Assembly: GCA_963827865.1 (NCBI GenBank)
Contig: CAWHCO010000006.1
Location: forward strand, 196,579-260,578
DNA: 64,000 bases
Source: an uncultured bacterium
GTDB taxonomy: Bacteria; Actinomycetota; Acidimicrobiia; Spongiisociales; UBA4744
Direction: 5' to 3'
Positions 1-9,039 of the stretch are shown here, in pieces. How positions within the stretch are numbered: the first letter of the stretch is position 1; each line of letters opens with the position of its first letter. The translations under genes and the position numbers were made by a program. Under the pieces are notes generated by a model. It saw nothing but the letters and a program-made list of their open reading frames with translations, made no database searches and was not told the DNA's origin.

Positions 1-579
1 TCGTGCCCGTTCCACCGCCTGGGCCGCCTTCGAAGCCGCGAAACCGAACTTCGTGTCGTCGCCGCCGGTCCTGACGAACTCGTGCGTGTGAGCCTCGACC
101 CCCGGGGCCACACGAAGGAGCACGACGGGTGCAGGCAGACCGTCTCGATGGAGAGCCTCGATGCGGTCCATCTCGTCGAAGTTGTCGACGACGATCCGCC
201 CAACGCCGATCTGCATGGCGGTCTCGAGCTCCTCCATCGACTTGTTGTTGCCGTGGAGGATGAGCCGGTCGGCAGGGACCCCGGCGGCCCTGGCGACGGC
301 CAGCTCACCACCGGTGGCTACATCGAGACGCATTCCCACCTCGTGAGCGAGACGGGCCATCGTGGTGCACAGGAACGCCTTGGTCGCATAGGCCGCGCCG
401 TCACCGAACGCCGAGACGGCTTCACGGCAGCGGACACGGATGTGGTCCTCGTCGTAGACGAAGAGCGGGGTGCCGAACTGACCAGCGAGGTCGACGGTGT
501 CGCACCCCGCGATGTGCAGCCTGCCATCCACGGTGGACGAGTTGTCGGGAAGCAGTGTGAGAGGGATCTGTCCGGCCAT
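1..579 (-). CDS. lysA: diaminopimelate decarboxylase, N-terminal part (gene runs off the window start)
   Basis: Absent from the ORF track because it is open at the window edge. My reverse-strand translation from ATG 579 gives MAGQIPLTLLPDNSSTVDGRLHIAGCDTVDLAGQFGTPLFVYDEDHIRVRCREAVSAFGDGAAYATKAFLC..LDVATGGELAVARAAGVPADRLILHGNNKS. That is a typical PLP-dependent DAP decarboxylase N-terminus. The + ORF 82..882 is its antisense shadow. Confidence 0.85.
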   Translation of the reverse strand, partial: MAGQIPLTLLPDNSSTVDGRLHIAGCDTVDLAGQFGTPLFVYDEDHIRVRCREAVSAFGDGAAYATKAFLCTTMARLAHEVGMRLDVATGGELAVARAAGVPADRLILHGNNKSMEELETAMQIGVGRIVVDNFDEMDRIEALHRDGLPAPVVLLRVAPGVEAHTHEFVRTGGDDTKFGFAASKAAQAVERAR

Positions 580-652
580 GGTGGTGCGAGGGTATCGCGA
601 CGATTCCACCGCCGCACTCGCGTCGCTAACCTCCGCCGACGATGGAGCACAC

Positions 653-1936
653 ATGGCGATAGGCATAGGCGTTCTCGGAAGCGGCATCGTCGGAGGGGCG
701 CTGCTGCGCCGCCTCATCGAGGACCGGCAGGCGTTGGGAGCGCGAACGGGGCTCGATCTCGAAGTGCGCAAGGTCGCCATCCGATCTCCGGAGAGGGCCC
801 GTTCGTTCCCGATTCCGGGTCATCTCATAACCACCGACGCGACCGAGGTGGTGAGCGACCCTGGTGTGCAGCTGGTCGTTGAAGTGATGGGTGGTCTGGA
901 ACCTGCGGGTGAGTTGGTTCGGACGGCCCTGCGCTCCGGCAAGGCGGTCGTCACCGCCAACAAGGAGCTGATGGCGGCACGCGGGTCCGAACTGCTCGAC
1001 GAGGCGGCGAAGACGGGTGTGTCGCTGCTGTTCGAAGCGTCGGTCGGCGGTGGGATTCCGATCATCCGCCCCTTGACCGAGACCCTCGCTGGAGAGCCGT
1101 TGACGCGCGTGATGGGCATCGTCAACGGGACGACCAACTACCTGCTGACACGCATGAGCGAAGACGGGGCCGCGTTCGACGAGGCGCTCGCAGAAGCACA
1201 GGCGAAGGGGTACGCGGAAGCCGACCCGACCGCCGACGTGTCGGGCGCCGACGCCGTCGCCAAGGCGGCGATCCTCGCGAGCTTGGCGTTCGGGACGGTT
1301 GTCGACCCTGGTGACGTGTACAGGGAAGGCATCGAGCACATCCAGACGGTCGACGTCGGCTACGCATCCAATCTCGGCTACGTACTGAAGCTGCTTGCGA
1401 TCGCCGACAAGGCGCCCGAAGGCATCACCGTCAGGGTTCATCCGACACTGGTGCCGTCGGCGCATCCGCTCGCCGCCATCCGAGGTGTGGCAAATGCCGT
1501 GTTCGTGCAGGGTCCCGAGGTGGGGGAGTTGTTGTTTTCCGGGCCCGGCGCCGGTGGAGGGCCAACAGCGACGGCGGTGCTGGGCGACGTCATCGACGCC
1601 GCTCGGGAGTTGCTCGCCGGGCCCAGAGTGACGCCTCGAGTCAGGTTCGGACCCGGCCGTGTCCGGCCGTTCGAGGAGTCGACCACCAAGTGGTACATCC
1701 GGCTCAGAGTCATAGACGCACCCGGCGTGCTCGCTGCAATCGCCGGGGCATTCGGGGAAGCCGGGGTGAGCCTCAAGTCCGTCTGGCAGGAAGGCAGACA
1801 AGACGAGGCCACCCTGCTCATGATCACCCACGATGCCGTGGAGGCGAACCTGCGCGCCGCCGTGTCGTCGATGTCCGACCTCGACGTGGTCAGCGAGGTC
1901 GCGGCGACGATCCGCGTGCAGAGCGACGAGCCGTGA
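653..1936 (+). CDS. hom: homoserine dehydrogenase
   Basis: In frame with ORF 497..1936. ATG 653 gives the NAD-binding N-terminus MAIGIGVLGSGIVGGALLRRL. Also seen: VVTANKEL, GGGIPIIRPL, NGTTNYLLT and a C-terminal ACT-like region. GGAG sits upstream of the ATG. Confidence 0.9.
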   Translation: MAIGIGVLGSGIVGGALLRRLIEDRQALGARTGLDLEVRKVAIRSPERARSFPIPGHLITTDATEVVSDPGVQLVVEVMGGLEPAGELVRTALRSGKAVVTANKELMAARGSELLDEAAKTGVSLLFEASVGGGIPIIRPLTETLAGEPLTRVMGIVNGTTNYLLTRMSEDGAAFDEALAEAQAKGYAEADPTADVSGADAVAKAAILASLAFGTVVDPGDVYREGIEHIQTVDVGYASNLGYVLKLLAIADKAPEGITVRVHPTLVPSAHPLAAIRGVANAVFVQGPEVGELLFSGPGAGGGPTATAVLGDVIDAARELLAGPRVTPRVRFGPGRVRPFEESTTKWYIRLRVIDAPGVLAAIAGAFGEAGVSLKSVWQEGRQDEATLLMITHDAVEANLRAAVSSMSDLDVVSEVAATIRVQSDEP

Positions 1937-3249
1937 GATACGTGTCGACGAGGGGCGGAGTCGCCGGAGCGACGTTCGAAGACGTGCTCCTCACCGGCCT
2001 GGCCCCTGACGGGGGGCTGTTCGTCCCCGGGTCGTGGCCCCGCCTCGATGATGTTCCAACCGGCTACCCGGACGCTGTGGCGATGATCGCCGGCATGTTC
2101 GGAGCGGGGGAAGGCCTGGAGCCACTCGCCGACGAGACCTACAGGGTGTTCGACCGGATCGCGCCGCTGACCGAATTGGGCGACGATCGCTGGCTCCTCG
2201 AGCTGTTCTGGGGACCGACGTACGCGTTCAAGGATTACGCCCTTCAGTGGCTGGGCAGGCTGTTGGATCGGACGCTCCGCCGGCGGGGTGAGCGGTTGCT
2301 CGTCGTGGGTGCGACGTCCGGCGATACTGGCTCGGCAGCGATCGCTGCGGTCGCCGGCCTCGAATCGATGGACATCGTCGTGCTGCACCCTCACGGCAGG
2401 GTGTCGGAGGTGCAGCGAAGACAGATGACGACGGTGGCCGCAGGGAACGTCCACAACGTCGCCGTCGAAGGAACGTTCGACGACTGCCAGCGGATCGTGA
2501 AGGCACTGCTCACGAGGCCGGCCAGACCTGTGTCATCCGTCAACTCCATCAACTGGGTCCGGGTGATGGGACAGATCCCCTACTACGCACACGCGGTCGC
2601 GTCCCTCGGTGCAAGTGAGGTCGATGTGGTCGTTCCAACGGGCAACTTCGGCAATGTTTACTCGGCGTGGGTTGCGAGGCGTATGGGGGTGCCGATCGGC
2701 AGGCTGATCGTCGGCACCAACGCCAACAGGAGTGTCGCCAGGTTCTTCGAGGACGGGTCGATCGTGCCCGGCCCGGTGATTCCGACCGTCGCGCCGGCGA
2801 TGGACATCCAGATCCCTTCCAACCTCGAGCGCCTGGTCTTCGAGCTGGTTGGCCGTGACGGGGATCGGGTCACCGAGGCGATGGGTGGGGGCGGTGTCCC
2901 CGATCTGGATCCTGAACCCTTCGAAGCCCACACATTCGACGACACAGAGATCCTCGCGACGATGAGTGAAGTCGACCGGCGGTACGGCCTTCAGGTGGAC
3001 CCGCACACGGCCGTCGCGATCGCCGCGTCAGACGCGACACCACGCGACACACCCACGATCGTTGTGGGCACGGCTCACCCGGCAAAGTTCCTGGAAGCCG
3101 TCGTGACCGCGACCGGTAGAGCCCCGATCGTGCCATCCCGCATCGCCGACATGTCCGGCCGGGAGGAGCACTTTGCGGTTCTGCCGGCCTCGATCGACGC
3201 AATTGATCGCTTCATCACTTGGAAGATCGGCCGATACCCCGTACAATGA
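1933..3249 (+). CDS. thrC: threonine synthase
   Basis: In frame with ORF 1690..3249. GTG 1933 overlaps the hom stop (GTGA) and gives VRYVSTRGG... Also seen: [12 protein letters not shown] (PLP-lysine region), [16 protein letters not shown]. Confidence 0.9.
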   Translation: MRYVSTRGGVAGATFEDVLLTGLAPDGGLFVPGSWPRLDDVPTGYPDAVAMIAGMFGAGEGLEPLADETYRVFDRIAPLTELGDDRWLLELFWGPTYAFKDYALQWLGRLLDRTLRRRGERLLVVGATSGDTGSAAIAAVAGLESMDIVVLHPHGRVSEVQRRQMTTVAAGNVHNVAVEGTFDDCQRIVKALLTRPARPVSSVNSINWVRVMGQIPYYAHAVASLGASEVDVVVPTGNFGNVYSAWVARRMGVPIGRLIVGTNANRSVARFFEDGSIVPGPVIPTVAPAMDIQIPSNLERLVFELVGRDGDRVTEAMGGGGVPDLDPEPFEAHTFDDTEILATMSEVDRRYGLQVDPHTAVAIAASDATPRDTPTIVVGTAHPAKFLEAVVTATGRAPIVPSRIADMSGREEHFAVLPASIDAIDRFITWKIGRYPVQ

Positions 3250-3358
3250 CCTCACACCCCCGGCGCACCAACCGTTGGTCGCGCCGGATCCCCAGGATCT
3301 CCGGATTCCCGAGATCGCGTCGCTGAGCCTCACGTTGACGGCTGGCCGAAAGGATGAC

Positions 3359-4891
3359 ATGACCACCAGAGCGGAACTCCAAGAGAAGTCCGTGAAGGAT
3401 CTCAGAACCATTGCAGCGGCTGTGGGAGTCGAGACCTATGGTCTGCAGAAGGCCAAACTCATCGACCAGATCTTGCATGCCGATGGTGTCACGGTCAGCA
3501 CCGAGCCACCGCCCATCGACTTGCCGGCCGCGTCGCCGGTAGTCTTGCCGGCCGCGTCGCCGGTAGTCGATTCGCCCGGAGAGCCGGCCGCAGGTTCGGA
3601 CGACGCTTCCGACGGATCCGACGACTCAGACGACTCCGGTGACTCCGGTGACTCCGGTGACGACTCCCCCAGCGACGGGTCGGGCGAGGACCGTCAGTAC
3701 GACGGGCAGTCTCGTGGGAAGCGCCGCCGTCGACGCTCCGCTGGGGGCCAGTCGCAGCAGCAGATCCCGGAGAGTGAGATGGAGGTCCGCGAAGGAATCC
3801 TCGACATCCTTCCGGAGGGGTACGGGTTCCTGAGGGTGACCGGATACCTGCCGGGCGAGCTGGACGTCTACGTTTCTGCAAGCCAGATCCGCAAGTTCGA
3901 CCTGCGGAAGGGCGACAAGATCGAAGGCCCGATCCGTCCGCCCCGATCGCAAGAGAAATTTCCCGCCCTGACCCGCATCTTGAGTGTCAACACGATGACC
4001 GCCGAAGAGGCGAGGGAACGCCCAAAGTTCTCGAAGCTCACACCGCTATTCCCCGATGTGCGACTTCGCCTCGAGGTGGACGGCAACCCGAACCGCACAC
4101 TCGCACGGATCATCGACCTCATCGCACCGATCGGAAAGGGACAGCGAGGGTTGATCGTCTCCCCACCGAAGGCGGGGAAGACGACCGTGCTGAAGGAGAT
4201 CGCACACTCGATCGAGTCCAACAACCCCGAGTGCTACCTGATGGTCGTTCTCGTCGACGAGCGTCCGGAAGAGGTCACCGACATGCAACGGTCGGTCAAA
4301 GGCGAAGTCGTGTACTCGACGTTCGACCGACCCGCCGAGGAGCATACGCAGGTGTCCGGCCTCGCACTGGAGCGTGCCAAGCGCCTCGTCGAGATGGGCA
4401 CCGACGTCGTCATCCTCCTCGACTCGATCACCCGGCTCGCGAGGGCACACAACCTGGCGACACCGGCGAGTGGACGCATCCTGTCGGGTGGTGTCGACTC
4501 GACGGCTCTCTACCCGCCGAAGCGTTTCTTCGGCGCAGCCCGCAACATCGAAGAAGGCGGCAGCCTGACGATCATGGGGACGGCGCTCGTCGAGACGGGG
4601 TCGAGAATGGACGAGGTCATCTTCGAGGAGTTCAAAGGCACCGGCAACATGGAGCTGCGACTCGATCGCGGTCTCGCCGACCGACGCATCTATCCTGCCG
4701 TCGACATTTCCCAGTCGGGAACACGCAAGGAGGAGCTGTTGTTCGACAGGTCAGAGCTTCTTGAGGTGTGGAAGCTGCGCAGAGTGCTCCTGGCCCTCGA
4801 GCCCGGTGCCGCCCTCGAGCTGCTGATCGACCGGTTGAAGACAACGAAATCGAACCTGGACTTCCTGACCGAAGTGGCCAGGAACACGTAG
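3359..4891 (+). CDS. rho: transcription termination factor Rho with long acidic/basic N-terminal insertion
   Basis: In frame with ORF 3173..4891. ATG 3359 gives the Rho_N-like start [23 protein letters not shown]. Also seen: cold-shock-like RNA-binding region [15 protein letters not shown], Walker [10 protein letters not shown], and [11 protein letters not shown] low-complexity insert of about 150 aa (D/S/G-rich, then RGKRRRRRS) lies between the N-terminal and RNA-binding domains. Confidence 0.95.
   Translation: MTTRAELQEKSVKDLRTIAAAVGVETYGLQKAKLIDQILHADGVTVSTEPPPIDLPAASPVVLPAASPVVDSPGEPAAGSDDASDGSDDSDDSGDSGDSGDDSPSDGSGEDRQYDGQSRGKRRRRRSAGGQSQQQIPESEMEVREGILDILPEGYGFLRVTGYLPGELDVYVSASQIRKFDLRKGDKIEGPIRPPRSQEKFPALTRILSVNTMTAEEARERPKFSKLTPLFPDVRLRLEVDGNPNRTLARIIDLIAPIGKGQRGLIVSPPKAGKTTVLKEIAHSIESNNPECYLMVVLVDERPEEVTDMQRSVKGEVVYSTFDRPAEEHTQVSGLALERAKRLVEMGTDVVILLDSITRLARAHNLATPASGRILSGGVDSTALYPPKRFFGAARNIEEGGSLTIMGTALVETGSRMDEVIFEEFKGTGNMELRLDRGLADRRIYPAVDISQSGTRKEELLFDRSELLEVWKLRRVLLALEPGAALELLIDRLKTTKSNLDFLTEVARNT
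3521..3568. repeat. perfect 24-bp tandem duplication inside the rho insertion domain
   Basis: TTGCCGGCCGCGTCGCCGGTAGTC occurs twice back to back (3521-3544 and 3545-3568) and encodes LPAASPVV x2. A nearby 9-bp unit GGTGACTCC is repeated 3 times around 3639-3665. Confidence 0.9.
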
Positions 4892-4900
4892 GAGGAGACG

Positions 4901-5131
4901 GTGAAAGCAGGTATCCACCCGAACTATGTGGACACGAAGGTCACGTGCTCGTGCGGGAACACGTTCACGACCAAGTCCACGAAGCCTGAGATGCACGTCG
5001 ACCTCTGCAACGAGTGTCATCCGTTCTTCACGGGCCGTCAGAAGCTCGTCGACACCGGCGGTCGGGTCGAGCGTTTCCAGAAGCGGTACGGTCGCAAGAG
5101 CTTCACCAGCACCAGCAACACCGACGAGTAG
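4901..5131 (+). CDS. rpmE: 50S ribosomal protein L31
   Basis: ORF 4901..5131 translates to [51 protein letters not shown] start with GGAGGA at 4891-4896. Confidence 0.95.
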   Translation: MKAGIHPNYVDTKVTCSCGNTFTTKSTKPEMHVDLCNECHPFFTGRQKLVDTGGRVERFQKRYGRKSFTSTSNTDE

Positions 5132-5140
5132 CGGGACCAG

Positions 5141-6079
5141 GTGAGTCGACCTCCCGGCGCAACCGTCGGCGGACAAGCCGTCATCGAAGGTGTGATGATG
5201 CGCGCCCCCAACCGGTGGGCAGTCGCTGTGCGTCTCCCGTCGGGAGAGATCGAGTGCTCGACGAACGATCTGCCCCGCCTGTCGTCACGATCTCGTGTCG
5301 CCAGGGTGCCGTTCATCAGAGGCATCCTGGTTCTCTACGAGTCCCTCGCCCTCGGTTTCAAGGCTCTCAGCTGGTCGGCGCAGCGAGCTGTCGACGACGA
5401 GGAAGAGGAACTGACAGGCCTGCAGCTCGCGGGGACGATCACGCTGTCGGTCGTGGCGGTTCTGGCGATCTTCATCCTCGCGCCTCTCGGGGTGGCCAGA
5501 CTCCTCTCCCCGTTGCTTGGAGGATCGTCGTTCGCGTTCAATGTCGTCGACGGTGTCGTGCGTGGGCTGCTGTTCATCGGCTATGTGTGGGCAATCGGCC
5601 GCTCGAAGGAGATCAAACGGGTCTTCGAATACCACGGCGCGGAGCACCAGACGATCCACGCGTATGAGGCCGGTCAGGCACTCACCGTCGAGAACATCCA
5701 GACACATCCGCCCGAGCATCCCCGGTGCGGAACCAACTTCCTGCTGATCGTCGTGCTGCTCGCGCTCATCGTCTTCACACTGATCGGGAGAGACATCCCG
5801 TGGCAGTGGCTGATCGGCTCCCGGATCTTGCTGATCCCTGTGATCGCCGGCCTCGCCTACGAGATCCTCAGGTTCTCGGGTCTGCACGGCGGGGAGGCCC
5901 TCGGCCGGTTCCTTGCCGCACCCGGACTATGGCTTCAGAAACTCACGACCTCACACCCGTCAGATGATCAGGTGGAGGTCGCGGTCGCGTCGCTACTCGC
6001 TGCGCTCACCGAAGAGGAAGTGGAAGAAGTCAAGGCTCGAGGTCCGGTCTGCCCGGCTGCGCTGCGCGCCGTGGAGTGA
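5141..6079 (+). CDS. DUF1385-family membrane protein (commonly found next to prfA/prmC)
   Basis: ORF 5141..6079. Motifs [25 protein letters not shown] and [10 protein letters not shown], plus several hydrophobic segments. Confidence 0.8.
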   Translation: MSRPPGATVGGQAVIEGVMMRAPNRWAVAVRLPSGEIECSTNDLPRLSSRSRVARVPFIRGILVLYESLALGFKALSWSAQRAVDDEEEELTGLQLAGTITLSVVAVLAIFILAPLGVARLLSPLLGGSSFAFNVVDGVVRGLLFIGYVWAIGRSKEIKRVFEYHGAEHQTIHAYEAGQALTVENIQTHPPEHPRCGTNFLLIVVLLALIVFTLIGRDIPWQWLIGSRILLIPVIAGLAYEILRFSGLHGGEALGRFLAAPGLWLQKLTTSHPSDDQVEVAVASLLAALTEEEVEEVKARGPVCPAALRAVE

Positions 6080-6080
6080 C

Positions 6081-7160
6081 ATGGATACGCGGCTCAGCGA
6101 CCGGCTGGAAGAGATCAGGAAGGCTTTTGAGGAGGTCGAGGCCAGCCTCGCCGATCCCGACTCGTTGAGCGACAGGGACCGGTACGCCGAACTTGCCAAG
6201 CGCCACGCAGGACTCCGCAGGATCGTCGAGCAGTACGACGCGTACCTGGCGGCGTCCTCGGAGGCGAGCGACGCGGAGGAACTCGCCGGAGAAGAGGACG
6301 ATCCGAGTTCCTCCCAGCAGTACCGGCAGCTCGCCGCGGAACAGCGCAGCGACATGGAGCGCCTCGAAGAAGCCCTGCGACGCGCACTCGTGCCGACGGA
6401 CCCCAATGACGAGAAGGACGTGATCGTCGAGATCCGGTCCGCAGCGGGAGGCGACGAAGCTGCGCTGTGGGCGGGAGACCTGCAGCAGATGTATCAGGCG
6501 TTCGCTGAACGTCAAGGATTCAAGGTGGAGACGCTCGAGGCGTCACCGTCGGAGGGCGGCGGGTTCAAGGAGGTCATCTTCTCGGTCAAGGGGCACGGCG
6601 CCTACTCGAAGCTCAAGTACGAAGCAGGTGTCCACCGTGTGCAGCGGGTCCCGCAGACAGAGTCCCAAGGACGCGTCCACACGTCCACGGCGACGGTCGC
6701 CGTGCTCCCGGAAGCCGAAGAGATAGAGGTGGAGATCGACCCTGGCGATGTGCGCGTCGATGTCTACCGCTCGACAGGGCCGGGGGGACAGTCGGTGAAC
6801 ACCACCGACTCCGCGGTGCGACTCACCCACGTGCCGACGGGCCTCGTGGTGAGCTGCCAGGACGAGAAGTCGCAGCTCCAAAACAAGGACAAGGCGTTCA
6901 GGATCCTGCGGGCTCGCCTGTACCAGCTCCAGTTGGAAGCACAACACTCCGAGATCGCCGGGGCCCGCCGCGCCCAGGTGGGGACTGGCGGGCGGTCGGA
7001 GAAGATCCGCACCTACAACTTCAAGGACAGCCGGGTCACCGATCACAGGATCGGGATGACGATCAAACGCCTGCCGCAGATCCTCCAAGGTGACCTCGGC
7101 GAGTTCGTCGAAGCGCTCGCCTCCGACGAGCAAGCCCGCCGCCTGTCCCAGGGCGACTGA
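6081..7160 (+). CDS. prfA: peptide chain release factor 1
   Basis: In frame with ORF 5913..7160. ATG 6081 gives MDTRLSDRLEEIRKAFEEVE. Also seen: RVQRVPQTESQGRVHTS and the GGQ motif STGPGGQSVNTTDSAVRLTH. Confidence 0.95.
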   Translation: MDTRLSDRLEEIRKAFEEVEASLADPDSLSDRDRYAELAKRHAGLRRIVEQYDAYLAASSEASDAEELAGEEDDPSSSQQYRQLAAEQRSDMERLEEALRRALVPTDPNDEKDVIVEIRSAAGGDEAALWAGDLQQMYQAFAERQGFKVETLEASPSEGGGFKEVIFSVKGHGAYSKLKYEAGVHRVQRVPQTESQGRVHTSTATVAVLPEAEEIEVEIDPGDVRVDVYRSTGPGGQSVNTTDSAVRLTHVPTGLVVSCQDEKSQLQNKDKAFRILRARLYQLQLEAQHSEIAGARRAQVGTGGRSEKIRTYNFKDSRVTDHRIGMTIKRLPQILQGDLGEFVEALASDEQARRLSQGD

Positions 7161-7320
7161 CGTCGCCCTGGAGCCGACGGCTCACAGCTGACAGCCGGTC
7201 GCCGAGAGGTTGTTCTTGCTGTTAGCTGTTCGCTGTCGCCCTGGAGCCGACGGCTCACAGTTGACAGCTCACAGTCAGACGACGCGACACCGAGTTCTTG
7301 CTGTTGGCTGTTGGCTGTCC
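7161..7320. repeat. two tandem copies of a 74-86 bp intergenic unit between prfA and prmC
   Basis: TCGCCCTGGAGCCGACGGCTCACAG(C/T)TGACAGC occurs at 7162-7195 and 7236-7269. GTTCTTGCTGTT(A/G)GCTGTT(C/G)GCTG occurs at 7211-7234 and 7295-7319. Within each unit the ACAGCTGACAGC arm and the GCTGTTAGCTGT arm are imperfect inverted repeats with period-7 substructure. Confidence 0.85.
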
Positions 7321-7344
7321 GCTGGGTTGTTGTACCTTGTAGTC

Positions 7345-8160
7345 ATGCTTCCCGATCTCCTTGATGTGGGTCTTCCCCGCCACGAGGCCGAACGGCTCTT
7401 GATGGTGGCGACGGGATGGACGCGGCCCGAGCTGTACTCCACCGGACCCACCGCCGAGCAGCTTGACCAGTACCGGTCGCTGGTCGCCCGACGCCGGGAA
7501 GGCGAGCCACTCCAGTATCTCGAGGGGAGAATCCCGTTCGGACCCGTCGAGGTGCGGGTCGATGAACGTGCATTGATCCCTCGGCCGGAGACCGAGTACC
7601 TGTGGGAGCAGGCAGTCACCGCTCTCGGTGATGCCGGTCCGGGAACCCGGATCGTCGATCTGTGCACGGGATCCGGCGCGCTCGCTCTGGCACTGAAGGC
7701 ACGATTCCCGGCTGCTCAGGTGATCGGAGCAGATCTGTCCGAGGAGGCACTGGCCCTGGCGGCCGAGAACGCCGCGTTGAACACTCTCGAGGTCGAGTGG
7801 TGCAAGGGGGACCTGTTCGACGCGCTACCAACGCGGGTGAAAGGGCGGGTCGACTTGATCGTGGCCAACCCACCGTACGTGTCGGCGGGGGAGTACGCGA
7901 CGCTTCCCGACGAGATCCGGCTGCACGAACCGAAGCAGGCACTCGTCGCCGGAGCTCTGGGCGACGAGGTACTCGAACGGATCGCCGAGGAGGTCTACTG
8001 GTGGTTGGGCACCGGTGGGTGGCTGTTCTGTGAGATCGGCGTGACGCAGGCCGACCGGGCAACGGAGCTGTTCGGAGGGTGGCTGTACTGCGAGGTTCGA
8101 AACGACCTGGCCGGCAGACCGAGGATCCTCGTAGGACGCAAGGGCGCCCGCTGCTGCTGA
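7345..8160 (+). CDS. prmC: release-factor glutamine N5-methyltransferase
   Basis: In frame with ORF 7210..8160. ATG 7345 gives MLPDLLDVGLPRHEAERLL. Also seen: PLQYLEG, SAM motif VDLCTGSGALAL, and catalytic IVANPPYV. Confidence 0.9.
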   Translation: MLPDLLDVGLPRHEAERLLMVATGWTRPELYSTGPTAEQLDQYRSLVARRREGEPLQYLEGRIPFGPVEVRVDERALIPRPETEYLWEQAVTALGDAGPGTRIVDLCTGSGALALALKARFPAAQVIGADLSEEALALAAENAALNTLEVEWCKGDLFDALPTRVKGRVDLIVANPPYVSAGEYATLPDEIRLHEPKQALVAGALGDEVLERIAEEVYWWLGTGGWLFCEIGVTQADRATELFGGWLYCEVRNDLAGRPRILVGRKGARCC

Positions 8161-8259
8161 CACTCGCGTCGTGACGCTCGAGTGTGCTGTCCGGGAGTCG
8201 ACCACCGACCAGTGAGAGGTTCACCGCGGGGCCTGCTGTAACCTTGAGGCGAGAGGCAG

Positions 8260-8481
8260 GTGTGCATGCGTCGACGCTTGACCAGACCACAGCTCATGGT
8301 CGTGCTCACGATCTGTCTGCTGGCCGCCGCCAGTGTCCTGCAGTGGTTGAGCCCTCCCTGGTATGACGCGAATGTGGGGTCACTTGTCCTCGGGGTGCTG
8401 ACTATGTTGCTGTTTCTCACCCTCACCGCCGTCCTGTTCGACGTGTTCTGGCCGATGGACGAGCACGCCCGGCGACGCTGA
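8260..8481 (+). CDS. small hypothetical membrane protein (two predicted TM helices)
   Basis: ORF 8260..8481. Hydrophobic segments LMVVLTICLLAAASVL and LVLGVLTMLLFLTLTAVLF. No recognisable family. A strong hairpin follows. Confidence 0.45.
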   Translation: MCMRRRLTRPQLMVVLTICLLAAASVLQWLSPPWYDANVGSLVLGVLTMLLFLTLTAVLFDVFWPMDEHARRR

Positions 8482-8489
8482 CTCCGATT

Positions 8490-8540
8490 CGAACCCAGGG
8501 CTCAGCACTTCGGTTTCCGATCCCCTGAGCCCTGGGTTCG
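8490..8540. terminator. perfect 16-bp inverted repeat between convergent genes (candidate bidirectional terminator)
   Basis: CGAACCCAGGGCTCAG (8490-8505) pairs with CTGAGCCCTGGGTTCG (8525-8540) across a 19-nt loop. It lies between the stop at 8481 (+) and the stop at 8597 (-). Confidence 0.5.
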
Positions 8541-8596
8541 GGAACACAGAGGCGCGTGCCACCCACCGCGGGCGTAGCCTCGCAAGCACGTGGCCC

Positions 8597-9037
8597 CTAG
8601 ACAGGGATCACGTACGTGCCGGTGGCGTGGGCGACGAGAACCTCCGGGTCGGAGTCGGCGCGCATCCGCACCTCTCCGTACGCGGCCCGTCCCGAGAATC
8701 GCAGCAACGTGGCATGGGCGGTGACGTCGGTTCCAATGGCCGGGTGCAGGAAGCTCGTCGACAGTTCCGACGTGACGGCCATCGGTTCGATGCGACCGAG
8801 CGCACCGAAGACGGCGCAGTACAGGGTGGTGTCGGCCAACGCCATGAGCAGCGGTCCCGACACGTACTTGCCCGGTCGGATCCACAGGTCGTTGTACGGC
8901 CACCGAATCGTCGCCGTTCCATTACCCACCTCGGTGCAGACGAACCCCATGGTATCGGCGCTGGACATGGTGGTTCTGAGGAAGGTGGTGATCGACTCGG
9001 GGGTCATGGACGAAGCGTAGCGATGGGCTCGCGCCAC
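8597..9037 (-). CDS. PaaI/hotdog-fold thioesterase family protein
   Basis: ORF 8597..9037. Size and the pattern FLRTT..MGF..EVGNGTATIRWPY...GPLLMALADTTLYCAV...TSELSTSFLHP..G.V.A.A are typical of 4HBT/PaaI-like thioesterases. The start is GTG 9037 or ATG 9007. Confidence 0.6.
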   Translation of the reverse strand: MARAHRYASSMTPESITTFLRTTMSSADTMGFVCTEVGNGTATIRWPYNDLWIRPGKYVSGPLLMALADTTLYCAVFGALGRIEPMAVTSELSTSFLHPAIGTDVTAHATLLRFSGRAAYGEVRMRADSDPEVLVAHATGTYVIPV

Positions 9038-9039
9038 CT

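Noticed and set aside
82-882. 266-aa + strand ORF at the window start
   Set aside because: Its translation is Arg/Gly/Asp-rich nonsense. The opposite strand in the same place gives a clean diaminopimelate decarboxylase N-terminus, so this is an antisense shadow ORF typical of high-GC DNA.
8485-8545. tRNA-like GGGTTCGAATC string on the minus strand
   Set aside because: The surrounding sequence is a simple perfect 16-bp hairpin. I could not build a T-stem complementary arm, an acceptor stem or anticodon-arm geometry, so I interpret it as a terminator-type hairpin.
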